In this document: piece after piece, positions 31,112 to 41,169 of the stretch
How positions within the stretch are numbered: the stretch's first letter is position 1
How the letters are laid out: every line of letters starts with the position of its first letter
From: an uncultured Treponema sp.
GTDB lineage: Bacteria; Spirochaetota; Spirochaetia; Treponematales; Treponemataceae
Length of the DNA stretch: 64,000 bases
Direction of reading: 5' to 3'
Assembly: GCA_963548875.1 (NCBI GenBank)
Contig: CAUUVZ010000001.1
Span: 11,038 to 75,037 of the forward strand
Position numbers and translations under genes: made by a program
The notes under the pieces: generated by a model
What the model saw: only the letters and a program-made list of their open reading frames with translations
Databases searched by the model: none
Told to the model about the DNA's origin: nothing

Positions 31112-32710
31112 CTACAAATCAGTGTGCAAATGTTTTTCAATATCTTTTATAAGTTTATATTCAAACGAATCGCACAACGCAAGCCAAGAAGCTTCCATAA
31201 GGTCGCAGGAAACTCCTACAGTTGTCCACAAAGTTTTTCCGTCCGTACTTTCTATTATTACACGCACTCGGCTTGCCGTTGCCGACTTTCCGTCAAGAAC
31301 GCGCACTTTATAATCGGTAAGGCGTATTTGCGATACGGCAGGATAAAATCTTACCAGTGCTTTGCGGAGCGCAATATCAAGCGCATTGACAGGACCGTCA
31401 CCTTCACCTGCAGTAACTTCAATTTGTCCGTCAACTTCCAGTTTTATCTGCGCGCAAGCATTAACGCCGTCTTCCGGGCGCGGATTTACTCCGTTGGTCT
31501 GGTAGTAGTGCAGCGTGAAAAACGGCTGATACCGTCCAATCAGTTTGCGCGCAAGCAGTTCAAAACTTCCGTCAGCACCTTCAAATTGATAGCCCTCAAA
31601 TTCAAGCTGCTTCATTCTGTTCATAATCTGCGTAACCAGAGGGCTGTCTTTTTTTATTGACGGATCGATTTTCTGAATTTTTTCGATTACCGTAGCGCGT
31701 CCCGCAACTTCGCTCATAAGGAATACACGTGCGTTTCCGACTTCTTCCGGCGCAAGATGTTCATACGCTGAAGGATTTTTTAAGACAGCATCTATGTGCA
31801 TTCCCGCTTTATGACTGAATGCGTTTGCGCCGACAAACGGAAGTTGCGGATCGAGTGCGATATTAGTAATTTCTGCAACACGTTTTGAAATTTGCGTAAG
31901 CAGCTTAATTTTTTCCGGTTCTATGCAGGAAAAGCCCATTTTAATCTGCAGATCGGGGATTATACATGAAAGATTTGCGTTGCCGGTGCGTTCTCCGAAT
32001 CCCAGCAAAGTTCCTTGAACATGACGCGCTCCTGCTTCCACCGCAAGCAGTGAATTTGCAACGGCAAGCCCGGAATCATTGTGGGTATGGATGCCGGTTA
32101 TAATGTTTGGAAATTCTTTTACAACTGCGGACACAGCCTTTTCGCATTCTTTCATAAGAGCTCCGCCCTTTGTTTCGCATAACGAAAGAACTTCCGCTCC
32201 ACCTTCTACTGCCGCTTTAAGAGATTTAAGAGCATAATCGGAATCATCTGCAAAGCCTGTAAAAAAATGTTCGGCATCGTAGATAATCCTGCGTCCGTTG
32301 CTTTTAAGAAACTCGCAAGTGTCTTTTATCATGTTCAGATTTTCTTCCGGCGAAGTACCTAAAATCTCCGTAACTTGGAATTTCCACGATTTTCCGAAGA
32401 TTACGACCCACTCGGTATCGGCTGCAAGAAGACTTTGAAGATTTGCATCTTCCGCGCATTTTATATTTTTCCGCCTTGTAGAACCGAATGCGCAAAGTTT
32501 GGAAGTTTTAAGTGAAATCTTTTTCATTTCATGAAAAAATTCCATGTCTTTCGGATTTGAACCGGGATTTCCGGCTTCTATAAACGTAACGCCTAAATCG
32601 TCAAGTGCGCGGCAAATATTAATTTTGTCTTGAACGGAAAAACTTATTCCTTCTCCTTGTGCGCCGTCCCGCAATGTGGAATCCAGAATGTCAACATGAT
32701 TTGAAACCAT
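31112..32710 (-). CDS. cimA: citramalate synthase (LeuA-type)
   Basis: DSTLRDGAQGEG, YDAEHFF, HTHND, HKAGMH, GDGPVNALD. Confidence 0.9.
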   Translation of the reverse strand: MVSNHVDILDSTLRDGAQGEGISFSVQDKINICRALDDLGVTFIEAGNPGSNPKDMEFFHEMKKISLKTSKLCAFGSTRRKNIKCAEDANLQSLLAADTEWVVIFGKSWKFQVTEILGTSPEENLNMIKDTCEFLKSNGRRIIYDAEHFFTGFADDSDYALKSLKAAVEGGAEVLSLCETKGGALMKECEKAVSAVVKEFPNIITGIHTHNDSGLAVANSLLAVEAGARHVQGTLLGFGERTGNANLSCIIPDLQIKMGFSCIEPEKIKLLTQISKRVAEITNIALDPQLPFVGANAFSHKAGMHIDAVLKNPSAYEHLAPEEVGNARVFLMSEVAGRATVIEKIQKIDPSIKKDSPLVTQIMNRMKQLEFEGYQFEGADGSFELLARKLIGRYQPFFTLHYYQTNGVNPRPEDGVNACAQIKLEVDGQIEVTAGEGDGPVNALDIALRKALVRFYPAVSQIRLTDYKVRVLDGKSATASRVRVIIESTDGKTLWTTVGVSCDLMEASWLALCDSFEYKLIKDIEKHLHTDL

Positions 32711-32829
32711 ACAACCTCCGTTTTTTAGATGAACAGAAAATCTTTACGGATATTAAACTTTTTAAGCGGATTTTTCAACGCAGGATGAATTTTCGAAATA
32801 TTTAAAGCGATTAAATGTTTTTTTTGATT

Positions 32830-33633
32830 TTAAGACAATTTTACAAATGCCGCCTGCACGGTGAATTCTTCGCCTTTTGATGTTTGCCTCCGGTTTGAGC
32901 CGTAAATTTCTTTGCAACAAGTGCAATCTTGAAGCAAAGTAATATTTTCTTCGGGAATATTAAGTTTTTTTATTATGCTCAAATTGGCTTTTTCAAGAGA
33001 GAGATGAAATTGTTTTGTTCCGTTGTTTTTCCATTTTAAGCGGCTTGAATCTTTATCGTGCGCAGCGTATTCGGAAATGCAGCCTTCGGAAAAATTATTT
33101 GCGAAATACAGGGCACGTTCTTCATCTACGATATAACAGCACTCCCTTATGTGAGGTCCGATTGCGATTAAAATATTTTCCGGTTTTGCACTGTATAACG
33201 ACTGCAGCATTTCCGCCGCTTCCGCAATAATTCCCGTTCCTTTCCATCCCGAATGCAGCACCCCGAAAGCTCCGGATTCCGGTTCAAAAAAATATATGGG
33301 CACGCAATCCGCAACCGTTATTACCGGCATTAGATTTTTATTGTCGCATAAAATTCCGTCGCATTGAGTTCCGGCTGAAAAACCGCCGCCGGGTGATTTT
33401 AATACCGTTTTTGAATGTATCAATTCAGTTTGCGTAATTTTGCGTCCTTCCGCAATCCTGTTAAGCATATTCCGTCTTAAGGAATTCGTTTCGTTCCAGC
33501 TAAATCTCATGGAACCTGCTTTTTTTAACGTAATGCCCCATTTTGCGCCTTTTACGGGAATGCCGTCTTTGTAAAAAGGGAATTCTACGAAATTATCGGA
33601 TTCATTTGTGCTTTGAGCAGGAAGAATATACAT
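32830..33633 (-). CDS. laccase-domain (YfiH/PgeF-like) protein
   Basis: TVADCVPI, HSGWKG, IGPHIRECCY. Confidence 0.9.
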   Translation of the reverse strand: MYILPAQSTNESDNFVEFPFYKDGIPVKGAKWGITLKKAGSMRFSWNETNSLRRNMLNRIAEGRKITQTELIHSKTVLKSPGGGFSAGTQCDGILCDNKNLMPVITVADCVPIYFFEPESGAFGVLHSGWKGTGIIAEAAEMLQSLYSAKPENILIAIGPHIRECCYIVDEERALYFANNFSEGCISEYAAHDKDSSRLKWKNNGTKQFHLSLEKANLSIIKKLNIPEENITLLQDCTCCKEIYGSNRRQTSKGEEFTVQAAFVKLS

Positions 33634-33653
33634 ATTTTACTTTAAAGTTACGT

Positions 33654-35372
33654 CTAATAGGCGGAATCGTTGCCCGGCAAATCCAGCGGTTCGATTTCGG
33701 TTATTATAAAACGCGCTTGGTCGAGAGTTTGCCTTGCTTCAAGGAGTTTTTCCCTAAAGTCCTTATTTTCGCGTCCTTTTATCGTAGTAAAATTTTGAAG
33801 TCCCGCGTAGCCTTTCGGTTTATTGTCATCGAAAATCCCCGAAAAAATTCTTTCAATTACACGGCAGACTTCGCAAAAATCTTTTCCCCATGTGCGTATA
33901 GATATTTCCGCATTTAATATTGTAGAATCTGCCAGAGATTGATTTTTCATCGAACGTACTCCGTCGGACTTCAGCTTTTGGAATACGGAGCCGATTGCGC
34001 CCTGCTCGGTGAGAGAATATATAAAAGTTATTATATGCTGATTTATTCCTGCAAAATTATTTAATGCTTCGGAAAGTTCCGTGCGGTTTTCGTTATTTAA
34101 AAATACTCCTTCAAGCACAAGCGGATTCAGACTTTGCATAATCTCATCGAATTTGTTTTCCGCAAACCAAGTTAAAAAACCTCCGGTCATTTCACATTTG
34201 AACGGCAGTCCGCCCCATAAATATTTCCACGGTGCGGATGGAATTTCAGGAAATGCGGGAAGATTGAATCTTAATTTAAGTACGGAAGACAGTTGCGCTT
34301 TTTTTCTGTCCCTAAGCCACTCGTTCCAGCGGGAATCAAATATGATTTTCCATTCTTCTTTGAATTTTACAAACCAATCTTCGCCTCCTCCTGCAGAATC
34401 AGTCTGCCAGTTGTAATTATTGAATATGATTTTGCCAAGCTGCAAAAGCGGAACCGTCGATATAAACATTTGAATCATAGAAATTGAAGAAAGTGCTTTT
34501 GCCATAAAATCTTGCATTGATTTTTCAATTTCTCCGTCAAGTACGACGGGCTTTGCGCTTTTGCGTTGCGGGAACATAAAAAGAGCTTGCAATGCTTCCG
34601 TCGGAATGGATATCGGGTTTGACAGCACGGTTGAAAATGATGAATAGTCGGCTCTTGCACTTGCATAAGGGCAGGTAAAACTTTCGGAAGCTATCGCCGT
34701 AAACTGCGATATGAAATGCGCGTAAGGCAACTCCGTAAATTGTTTGAGCCATATTATGCTTCTTACGGAAGCATATAAAATTCCGCGCGTTTTAGGTTGG
34801 ATATTTTTTAAAATCATATCCATTTTTTTCAACAAAGAAATTCTTGATTCGGAAGTAAGCTCTTTATCAAAAGGCAAAAGATACGGATCCGCCTCTTTGT
34901 TGATTCTCTCCGATATTTCCGGCGCAATAAAAGTACTCATAAAAACATAGAATCTGCCAGGATTATCGTTTACAACGCTGAAATATGTTTTAAAAAAATC
35001 GGCACTGACTTTAAGTTCTTTTAATTTTTCATAAAAAAGCGATTGAAGAAGCCCGTTACCCGTGTCAATAATGCCGGGATGATTCCTGTTTACTTTGCGA
35101 GATAAATTCAGCACAAGATCACTGTTGTAAAGTTCGAGTTTTGATTTTTTGCCTAATACGGACCGTACCCAGAGAACTATTTTATAAAGCAGCGATTCAT
35201 TCTTAAAACTTGCTTCAAGTGATGTGATGGAATTGTCTTCAGGCAGGGACTGAAGCACAGCAATGTCAGCACCTTTATTTTTATTGATTTTCGAAAGGAG
35301 ATATTTTCGTTCATCAGCACTAATGCCGGCGACCAATTCGTCGAATGAACTTTTTCTTAAGGCTTCACCCAT
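33654..35372 (-). CDS. spirochaetal conserved hypothetical protein (DUF5312-like)
   Basis: 572-aa ORF, GGGEDWF motif; family name from recall. Confidence 0.65.
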   Translation of the reverse strand: MGEALRKSSFDELVAGISADERKYLLSKINKNKGADIAVLQSLPEDNSITSLEASFKNESLLYKIVLWVRSVLGKKSKLELYNSDLVLNLSRKVNRNHPGIIDTGNGLLQSLFYEKLKELKVSADFFKTYFSVVNDNPGRFYVFMSTFIAPEISERINKEADPYLLPFDKELTSESRISLLKKMDMILKNIQPKTRGILYASVRSIIWLKQFTELPYAHFISQFTAIASESFTCPYASARADYSSFSTVLSNPISIPTEALQALFMFPQRKSAKPVVLDGEIEKSMQDFMAKALSSISMIQMFISTVPLLQLGKIIFNNYNWQTDSAGGGEDWFVKFKEEWKIIFDSRWNEWLRDRKKAQLSSVLKLRFNLPAFPEIPSAPWKYLWGGLPFKCEMTGGFLTWFAENKFDEIMQSLNPLVLEGVFLNNENRTELSEALNNFAGINQHIITFIYSLTEQGAIGSVFQKLKSDGVRSMKNQSLADSTILNAEISIRTWGKDFCEVCRVIERIFSGIFDDNKPKGYAGLQNFTTIKGRENKDFREKLLEARQTLDQARFIITEIEPLDLPGNDSAY

Positions 35373-35378
35373 GTATGC

Positions 35379-35407
35379 ATTATAATTTATGAGGGAATAA
35401 TATTCAA
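35379..35407 (-). promoter_or_regulatory. sigma-70-type promoter (probably leaderless) of the 33654..35372 gene
   Basis: Minus strand TTGAAT-N17-TATAAT-N6-ATG. Confidence 0.7.
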
Positions 35408-35493
35408 ACGAAATTTTCGACTCGTATAAGAAAGAATTTAAAAAGCAAACATAAAGTTTACGTTTTTGAATGCGTCCGAGCCCGGTAAAGAAG

Positions 35494-35541
35494 AAAAAGA
35501 CCGTCTTAATCCTTTTTTGAAGTTTTAAGACAGTCTTTTTT
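35494..35541. terminator. probable intrinsic terminator after the kinase gene
   Basis: AAAAAGACCGTCTTAA ... TTAAGACAGTCTTTTT inverted repeat with A/T tracts. Confidence 0.65.
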
Positions 35542-35596
35542 GCTGAAAATCGTCCGTAGCGAAATGAAATATCACGATTTCAGATCCGCATTTTTT

Positions 35597-37198
35597 CTAT
35601 TTAGTTTCCGGAGTAAGGTTTGCGGAAATAAATAATTCATCCTGATACCAGTCTAAAAGGAGCGAAAAAAGTTCTTCTTTGTATCCCGATGAAGATATTT
35701 TAATTTTCCACACAGTGCCGGTCAGCATTTTATCTTGCGGAATTTCAGTCATATTCTGCCAGCTTCCGTTGTAAAGCACCTTAAAGTTTGACGATGAAGT
35801 TATTTCCCGTCCGGATGATGCGTCAAATGCGTGAAGATTAAGTTTCAGCGGACGGCGCATATTTATTAAATAATCGCTTTTTACGCTGAGCGCATCTTTT
35901 CCTACGTTAAACGAATCCCACCAAACATAGGGACCTGCGGCGACTTTTATTCTGTAAGAGCCCGGACGCAGGAAAACTTCTTTTGTAACGTAAGTCAGGT
36001 TGCGTTTTTTCGAGTCGTCTGCAGACTGCTTGGGGAGTTTTAATGCGCGTCTTGTACCGTGAACTTCAGGTATTGAATCCCCGTCGTTTTCAAAGAAGAA
36101 CGCATTTATAGGAAGGTCGGAGCCGGATGATGAAGCTGCAGGCATTTTCATTTCAATCTTTACCGGAGTATACCATCTGCGGAGAAGATAGCGATGCACC
36201 AGTCCCTCGTGCAGACAGAGCATAAAACCTGCCGCCGCAACCGCACATACGCTCAAAATTCCTGCAATCTTTTTGAGCCGGCGATTTTTCTGCACATACG
36301 GAGCTTCTTTTACCAAATCTTTAGATAAAATAAGACGTGCAAGCTGGACGCGGATTGCATGAGTATCATAATGCTTCAGATAGCGTTTTATGATTTTCAG
36401 GACAGGCGCAATCGATTGGAAACGCTTTTTGGAATCTGCACGTATCATTTTGCGAATAAGTCTGCATACTTCCGGCGGAATGGTTTTATCGATTTTCTGC
36501 GGAGGTATATAACGCTCTTTCCTTATAGTATTAAGCGTTTCAATCGACAATGTTCCCGGATAAGGTTTCATGCCCGTAACCATTTCGTAAAGCATTATTC
36601 CCAACGCATATATATCTGCACGTTTATCGACTTTTGCACTGTCTTCAAACTGCTCGGGCGGCATATATGCCGGCGTTCCGAGCGAAACTCCGGTTTCCGT
36701 TATGGATTGCGAGCCGGATTCTTTATCACCCGTTGCAATTCCGAAATCCGCAAGTTTTATTTCAGCCCGTTTTGAAATCAATATGTTGCCGGGTTTGATG
36801 TCGCGGTGTACAACTTCTTTTGAATGCGCATACTTTAAGGCAAGGCAGGCGTCCTGCATGATAAGCATTGCGAGCTGCGGACTTAAAACCGTTTGCTTTT
36901 CCAGAAGTTTGTCCAGAGCCATGCCGTCAACAAATTCTTCCGCCATATAGCGGTAGGCACCTTCCGTAAAATAATCGAAAAGATGGACGATATACGGGCT
37001 GTTCATATCAAGGAGAATCTGAGCTTCTCTTTTGAAACGCTCAAGGTTTGAAGAACTACGTCTGCCGGACATCTTTTTCAATACGATTATGCGCTTTAGA
37101 GACGGGTGTTCCGCTTTGTAAACTACTCCCATGCCTCCTTTTGCGATTATTCCATGAACCTTGTATTTGCCTATTAAAGGCGGAAATGTTTCTGCCAT
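35597..37198 (-). CDS. membrane-bound Hanks-type Ser/Thr protein kinase
   Basis: AKGGMGVVY, HRDIKPGN, DFG, GTPAYMPPEQ; central TM; C-terminal extracytoplasmic region. Confidence 0.95.
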   Translation of the reverse strand: MAETFPPLIGKYKVHGIIAKGGMGVVYKAEHPSLKRIIVLKKMSGRRSSSNLERFKREAQILLDMNSPYIVHLFDYFTEGAYRYMAEEFVDGMALDKLLEKQTVLSPQLAMLIMQDACLALKYAHSKEVVHRDIKPGNILISKRAEIKLADFGIATGDKESGSQSITETGVSLGTPAYMPPEQFEDSAKVDKRADIYALGIMLYEMVTGMKPYPGTLSIETLNTIRKERYIPPQKIDKTIPPEVCRLIRKMIRADSKKRFQSIAPVLKIIKRYLKHYDTHAIRVQLARLILSKDLVKEAPYVQKNRRLKKIAGILSVCAVAAAGFMLCLHEGLVHRYLLRRWYTPVKIEMKMPAASSSGSDLPINAFFFENDGDSIPEVHGTRRALKLPKQSADDSKKRNLTYVTKEVFLRPGSYRIKVAAGPYVWWDSFNVGKDALSVKSDYLINMRRPLKLNLHAFDASSGREITSSSNFKVLYNGSWQNMTEIPQDKMLTGTVWKIKISSSGYKEELFSLLLDWYQDELFISANLTPETK

Positions 37199-37326
37199 AT
37201 TTTTCCTCCGCTGTTTTTATATATTAAACCCCTTCGATAATTTCGTTATCGCTCAGGTTGACGAGTTCAAAATCAACCTGTTCTGAAGGCGAACTTTCCG
37301 AATAAGTTGAGTCTTTGTGATGAATT

Positions 37327-38352
37327 TCATTTCTTTACGTTTACAATATCCGTTTCCGGATCGAATATTTTGTTTTCATAAACAAGAGTTATATTTTGCA
37401 GTGTCGGATTATGAATTTGGACGTAAAGATTATTTTGTCTTAAAGCATAATTGCCTTTTACCGGGCGATGTCCGCCGAAATACCGCAGAGAATTTATATC
37501 GGCTCTTCCGGTCAGCATGGAAAGCATGGCGGCAACGCTTCCGTTTGCAGCGGAATTATTTTCCGTCCAAGTAAGTGAACTTACGACTTCGGCATTTCCC
37601 ATGCCGCAGATAAGTTCTTTCCGGTTGAATGCGCGGCGAGGTTCGGCATGGGAAATTACACAGCTGTCAAAAACGGCTGCAAGCGGAAGATTGTGTTCAA
37701 AATAAGAAATAAGCATAAGAATATCGTCGCCGTAAACAGTTTGCATAAAGACTTTTACCATTTGTCCTTCATTGGCAAACTTGCAGAACGGAAAATTTCC
37801 GCCGCCGGATTGGTTCAAAATGTTTTCGTGATTTCCTTTAAGGCAGTGGAAAAATTTAGGAAAAGCCGATTTGCATTCCATTATCATGCAGAGAGAAGCT
37901 AATCCTTCCTGCATCTCTTTTCGCATCGCTTTTCCGTTGAATACGCCTTCGGAAAATTCCGTGCTCGCTTTTTCCCAGCGTTTTATTCCGCGTAATTCGG
38001 AATGCAGAATATCACCTACGCAAACCATGCGGACTTTTCCGGTTTCAACAGCCTCATATAAATTCAGCGTACAATCGTCTAAAAATCCTTTGGGGGGAAC
38101 GAAAGAAAGAATATTTTGTAAAAAATCCGAACGGGCATGAATATCGGGAATTATTACAAGAGGGAGGCTGAGTTGGGTAAAGTCCAACAGACCTCCCGGC
38201 TTACCTGCCGGAAAACTTTCTCTGTAGTCCGTATTTTCATTTTCAAGGACTGTAACGACTTTATCAGCAATATAAGCGATATAATCATGCGAGGGTAATT
38301 CCTCTGCAAGTGAAAGGCGTTTTAACTTTTTAAAAAGCTCTTTATTCAGCAC
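37327..38352 (-). CDS. calcineurin-like metallophosphoesterase
   Basis: PDIH, GDILH, GNHE, HAEP, GGH motifs. Confidence 0.88.
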   Translation of the reverse strand: MLNKELFKKLKRLSLAEELPSHDYIAYIADKVVTVLENENTDYRESFPAGKPGGLLDFTQLSLPLVIIPDIHARSDFLQNILSFVPPKGFLDDCTLNLYEAVETGKVRMVCVGDILHSELRGIKRWEKASTEFSEGVFNGKAMRKEMQEGLASLCMIMECKSAFPKFFHCLKGNHENILNQSGGGNFPFCKFANEGQMVKVFMQTVYGDDILMLISYFEHNLPLAAVFDSCVISHAEPRRAFNRKELICGMGNAEVVSSLTWTENNSAANGSVAAMLSMLTGRADINSLRYFGGHRPVKGNYALRQNNLYVQIHNPTLQNITLVYENKIFDPETDIVNVKK

Positions 38353-38375
38353 AGGCTGGTATCCGGCATTTTGTC

Positions 38376-38720
38376 TTAGGAAATCACAATTGATGCAGTT
38401 CCGATTGTGATTTTATCTCCAAGACAGAGCTTAACGTATTTTCCTTCAGGAATTTTCCGCCCGTTTATGAACGTACCGTTTGTGCTGTTTTCATCCTTGA
38501 TAAAATACGCTTCTTTGATTTTTTGAATAACAGCGTGATGGCGGCTTGCAAGTTTGTTGTCTACGACAACGTCATTATCAAATTCTCTACCTATCGTTAT
38601 CTTTGCAACAAGTTCAATCTTTTGCTTGTTGAACATGAGATAAGATACCGGACTCGATTCTGCAATCGCATCCAAATGACGCCCTACGGGGCTATCGGTA
38701 ACAATCGTTTTATTATCCAT
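38376..38720 (-). CDS. stand-alone FHA domain protein
   Basis: IGR, SRHHA, STNGTFING motifs. Confidence 0.95.
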   Translation of the reverse strand: MDNKTIVTDSPVGRHLDAIAESSPVSYLMFNKQKIELVAKITIGREFDNDVVVDNKLASRHHAVIQKIKEAYFIKDENSTNGTFINGRKIPEGKYVKLCLGDKITIGTASIVIS

Positions 38721-38811
38721 AATGGAGGAATTATATAGCGGCTTTAATATTTGTGCAAACGAAACAAGTGTGATATTATTCGTTCAAAATAAATCTTGGA
38801 GGTTTATTAAA

Positions 38812-39387
38812 ATGAAAAAGATTGTACTGTTTTTGTCCGCCGCTGCCGCATTCTTGCTTGCATCATGCGCATCTACCAAACCGGTTGTAAAAGCGGCTGA
38901 TAAAGTTCCTGCAGTAATAGGAGCTGAAGGTGTTGAGCGTCCGCAGTGGGTTCTTTCCGGAATGGAAAGCGCGGACGGAATATATGCCGTTGGCTCCGGA
39001 AAGATGTCGAATAAAGTCAATTCGCTTAAAGTTGCGGAAACAAACGGGAGGGCGGAACTTGCTCGTACCGTGCAGACTACAATAAAATCCGTATTGACGA
39101 CTTATGCGCAGGACACCGGCGTAAAAGACGATGTGTTGAATTATATGGAAGAAGCAACCGTTCAGCGCACCGCAGGTATTCTTGCCGGTTCTTCCAGAAA
39201 AGATTATTGGGTGGATCAAGACGGAACCGTACATGCGCTTATGTTTTTGCCGATAAAAGCCGTAGTTCCGGAAGCGAACGCAATAGTGGACGAATACGTT
39301 ACGGATAAAAAGACGCGCATAACGGAAGAAAAAGTCGAAGCGGCTCTGAAAAAATATAATCTGCTCGGCAATTCTTCCGCGGAATAA
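38812..39387 (+). CDS. LPP20-like lipoprotein
   Basis: Lipobox LLASC; RPQWV, YAVGSG, GRAELA; ATG 38812 with GGAGG SD. Confidence 0.8.
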   Translation: MKKIVLFLSAAAAFLLASCASTKPVVKAADKVPAVIGAEGVERPQWVLSGMESADGIYAVGSGKMSNKVNSLKVAETNGRAELARTVQTTIKSVLTTYAQDTGVKDDVLNYMEEATVQRTAGILAGSSRKDYWVDQDGTVHALMFLPIKAVVPEANAIVDEYVTDKKTRITEEKVEAALKKYNLLGNSSAE

Positions 39388-39399
39388 GCGGAGTACAAA

Positions 39400-40014
39400 A
39401 TGAAAACTTCATTTAAAGTACTGATGCTCGGCGCACTTGCGGCTTTTTTTATGACATCCTGCGCTTCTTCGCCGGATGTTAAGCGCGTAAGTTCCGACAC
39501 GGTAACGGATTTAAGCGGATATTGGAACGATACCGACGTGCGCCTTGCCGCGGAATCCATAATCGATCGCTGTCTTGCTTCTCCGCGTATTGCGGGATAT
39601 GCTTCAAGTCATGCCGGAAAACTTCCCGTAGTTATCGTAGGCTCGTACCGCAATAAAAGCGATGAGCATATAGACACGGAAATTCTTACGAAAAAACTTG
39701 AAACCGCACTTGTGAACAGCGGCAAAGTTGAATTTGTCGCATCGTCTTCCGAGCGCGAAGAGATTCGTGAGGAGCGTAAAGATCAGCAGATAAATTCAAG
39801 CGAAAAAACCGCAAAAGCACTCGGTAACGAAACTGGTGCGGATTTTATGCTTAAAGGGTCGGTAAAAACAATCATGGATTCTAACGGAAAGGTTATGACG
39901 CGCACTTATTTTATCGATACAGAGCTTATCAATATCGAAACGAATTCAAAAATATGGATGGACAGTAATTCCGATATAAAAAAGATTATCAAACATCCTG
40001 CCGTTAGATTTTAG
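39400..40014 (+). CDS. penicillin-binding protein activator LpoB-like lipoprotein
   Basis: Lipobox MTSC; DLSGYWNDTD, NKSDEHID, GADFMLKGSV. Confidence 0.85.
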   Translation: MKTSFKVLMLGALAAFFMTSCASSPDVKRVSSDTVTDLSGYWNDTDVRLAAESIIDRCLASPRIAGYASSHAGKLPVVIVGSYRNKSDEHIDTEILTKKLETALVNSGKVEFVASSSEREEIREERKDQQINSSEKTAKALGNETGADFMLKGSVKTIMDSNGKVMTRTYFIDTELINIETNSKIWMDSNSDIKKIIKHPAVRF

Positions 40015-40025
40015 TTCGATTACGG

Positions 40026-40067
40026 GGCTGTCTTAAAAGTTTGCGCTTTTCGGCAGCCCTTTTATTT
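40026..40067 (+). terminator. intrinsic terminator-like hairpin
   Basis: GGGCTGTC...GGCAGCCC followed by TTTTATTT. Confidence 0.6.
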
Positions 40068-40098
40068 CCGCGAATTTGCATAAAAATTCGGAGGTTGT

Positions 40099-41100
40099 AT
40101 GAAAAAAACTATCCTTTTGCTTTGCGCACTTTTTATTTGCAGTCAATTTATTTTTGCAAAAAAATCAAAACAGCCGGTATGGATTTCAAATCCCTATGAC
40201 GGTTATGAAGAATCGAAATACATTGCAGCAAGTGCCGGAGGAAAAACGGCTGATGATGCGGACAAAAAAGCTGTAATTTCGGTAGCCGCGAACGTTATCC
40301 AGGATATAAATGCCGAAGAATCGGTCGTACAAAACGATTCCGGCGACGGAAAGAATCTTACGTCGTATCTTGCAAATATACGGACAAATTCAAAACTGAA
40401 AGACTTGAGCGGAATGTCCGTAAAAAACAGATGGACAGCAAAAGACGGAACCGTATATTCCCGCGCAGTTTTGGATAAAAACGCCGCTGCAAGATATTAT
40501 TCTCTTCTTTTAAATAAAAATTCCATAGAGATTGAAACACTTATTGAAGACGGCGAAAAAACTTCTGCGGCTTTCGATACTTGCAAACTTTTAGTAAAAG
40601 CGTATTCGCTGGCTGAACAAAACGATTACTATGCGGGATTGCTTTCCGTTCTTCAGCCTTCTGCGCACCGCATTTTTTCTTACGGAAGTCCTTCCGCCAT
40701 CGAATCTAAACTTCGCGCCGTCTTGTCGAAAATAACGGTTGCGGTAAAAGTATCGGGCGATACGGACGGACGGCTTGCCGCTGCTGCAAGTTCCGTGATT
40801 ACGGGGTTCGGAATCGGAACCGAAAATTTTACGCAAGCGGCGGACGCCGCGTATACGCTCGGCATAAATGCACTTTACGAAGATTTGGAAAAATCCGACG
40901 CATCCGATATTTATTTTACGCGAAGCATAGTAAATTGTTCGCTCATTGAAAACACAAGCGGCAAAGAAATACTTTCCGTTTCATCGAATTCCCGGCAAGG
41001 GAAACTTTCGCGAAAAGAAGCCGTTCAGAGTGCGCTAAGAAGTGCGGAACGTTCGATTACGGAAGACTTTGCAAACAAATTCGGAGAATTGTTTAATTAG
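40099..41100 (+). CDS. exported LPP20-like protein
   Basis: Signal peptide, QPVWI..P, YIAA motif. Confidence 0.65.
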   Translation: MKKTILLLCALFICSQFIFAKKSKQPVWISNPYDGYEESKYIAASAGGKTADDADKKAVISVAANVIQDINAEESVVQNDSGDGKNLTSYLANIRTNSKLKDLSGMSVKNRWTAKDGTVYSRAVLDKNAAARYYSLLLNKNSIEIETLIEDGEKTSAAFDTCKLLVKAYSLAEQNDYYAGLLSVLQPSAHRIFSYGSPSAIESKLRAVLSKITVAVKVSGDTDGRLAAAASSVITGFGIGTENFTQAADAAYTLGINALYEDLEKSDASDIYFTRSIVNCSLIENTSGKEILSVSSNSRQGKLSRKEAVQSALRSAERSITEDFANKFGELFN

Positions 41101-41126
41101 GTTGAATGTCGAGTATAAATATAAAT

Positions 41127-41161
41127 AAAAAACCGGCTGCGTAAAACAGCCGGTTCTCTTT
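41127..41161. terminator. bidirectional intrinsic terminator
   Basis: AACCGGCTG-CGTAAAA-CAGCCGGTT between convergent genes. Confidence 0.85.
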
Positions 41162-41169
41162 AATCCATC

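Noticed and set aside
41098..41114. TAGGTTGAATGTCGAGT resembling a solitary element end
   Set aside because: Short match without a partner end or interior; cannot be separated from chance.
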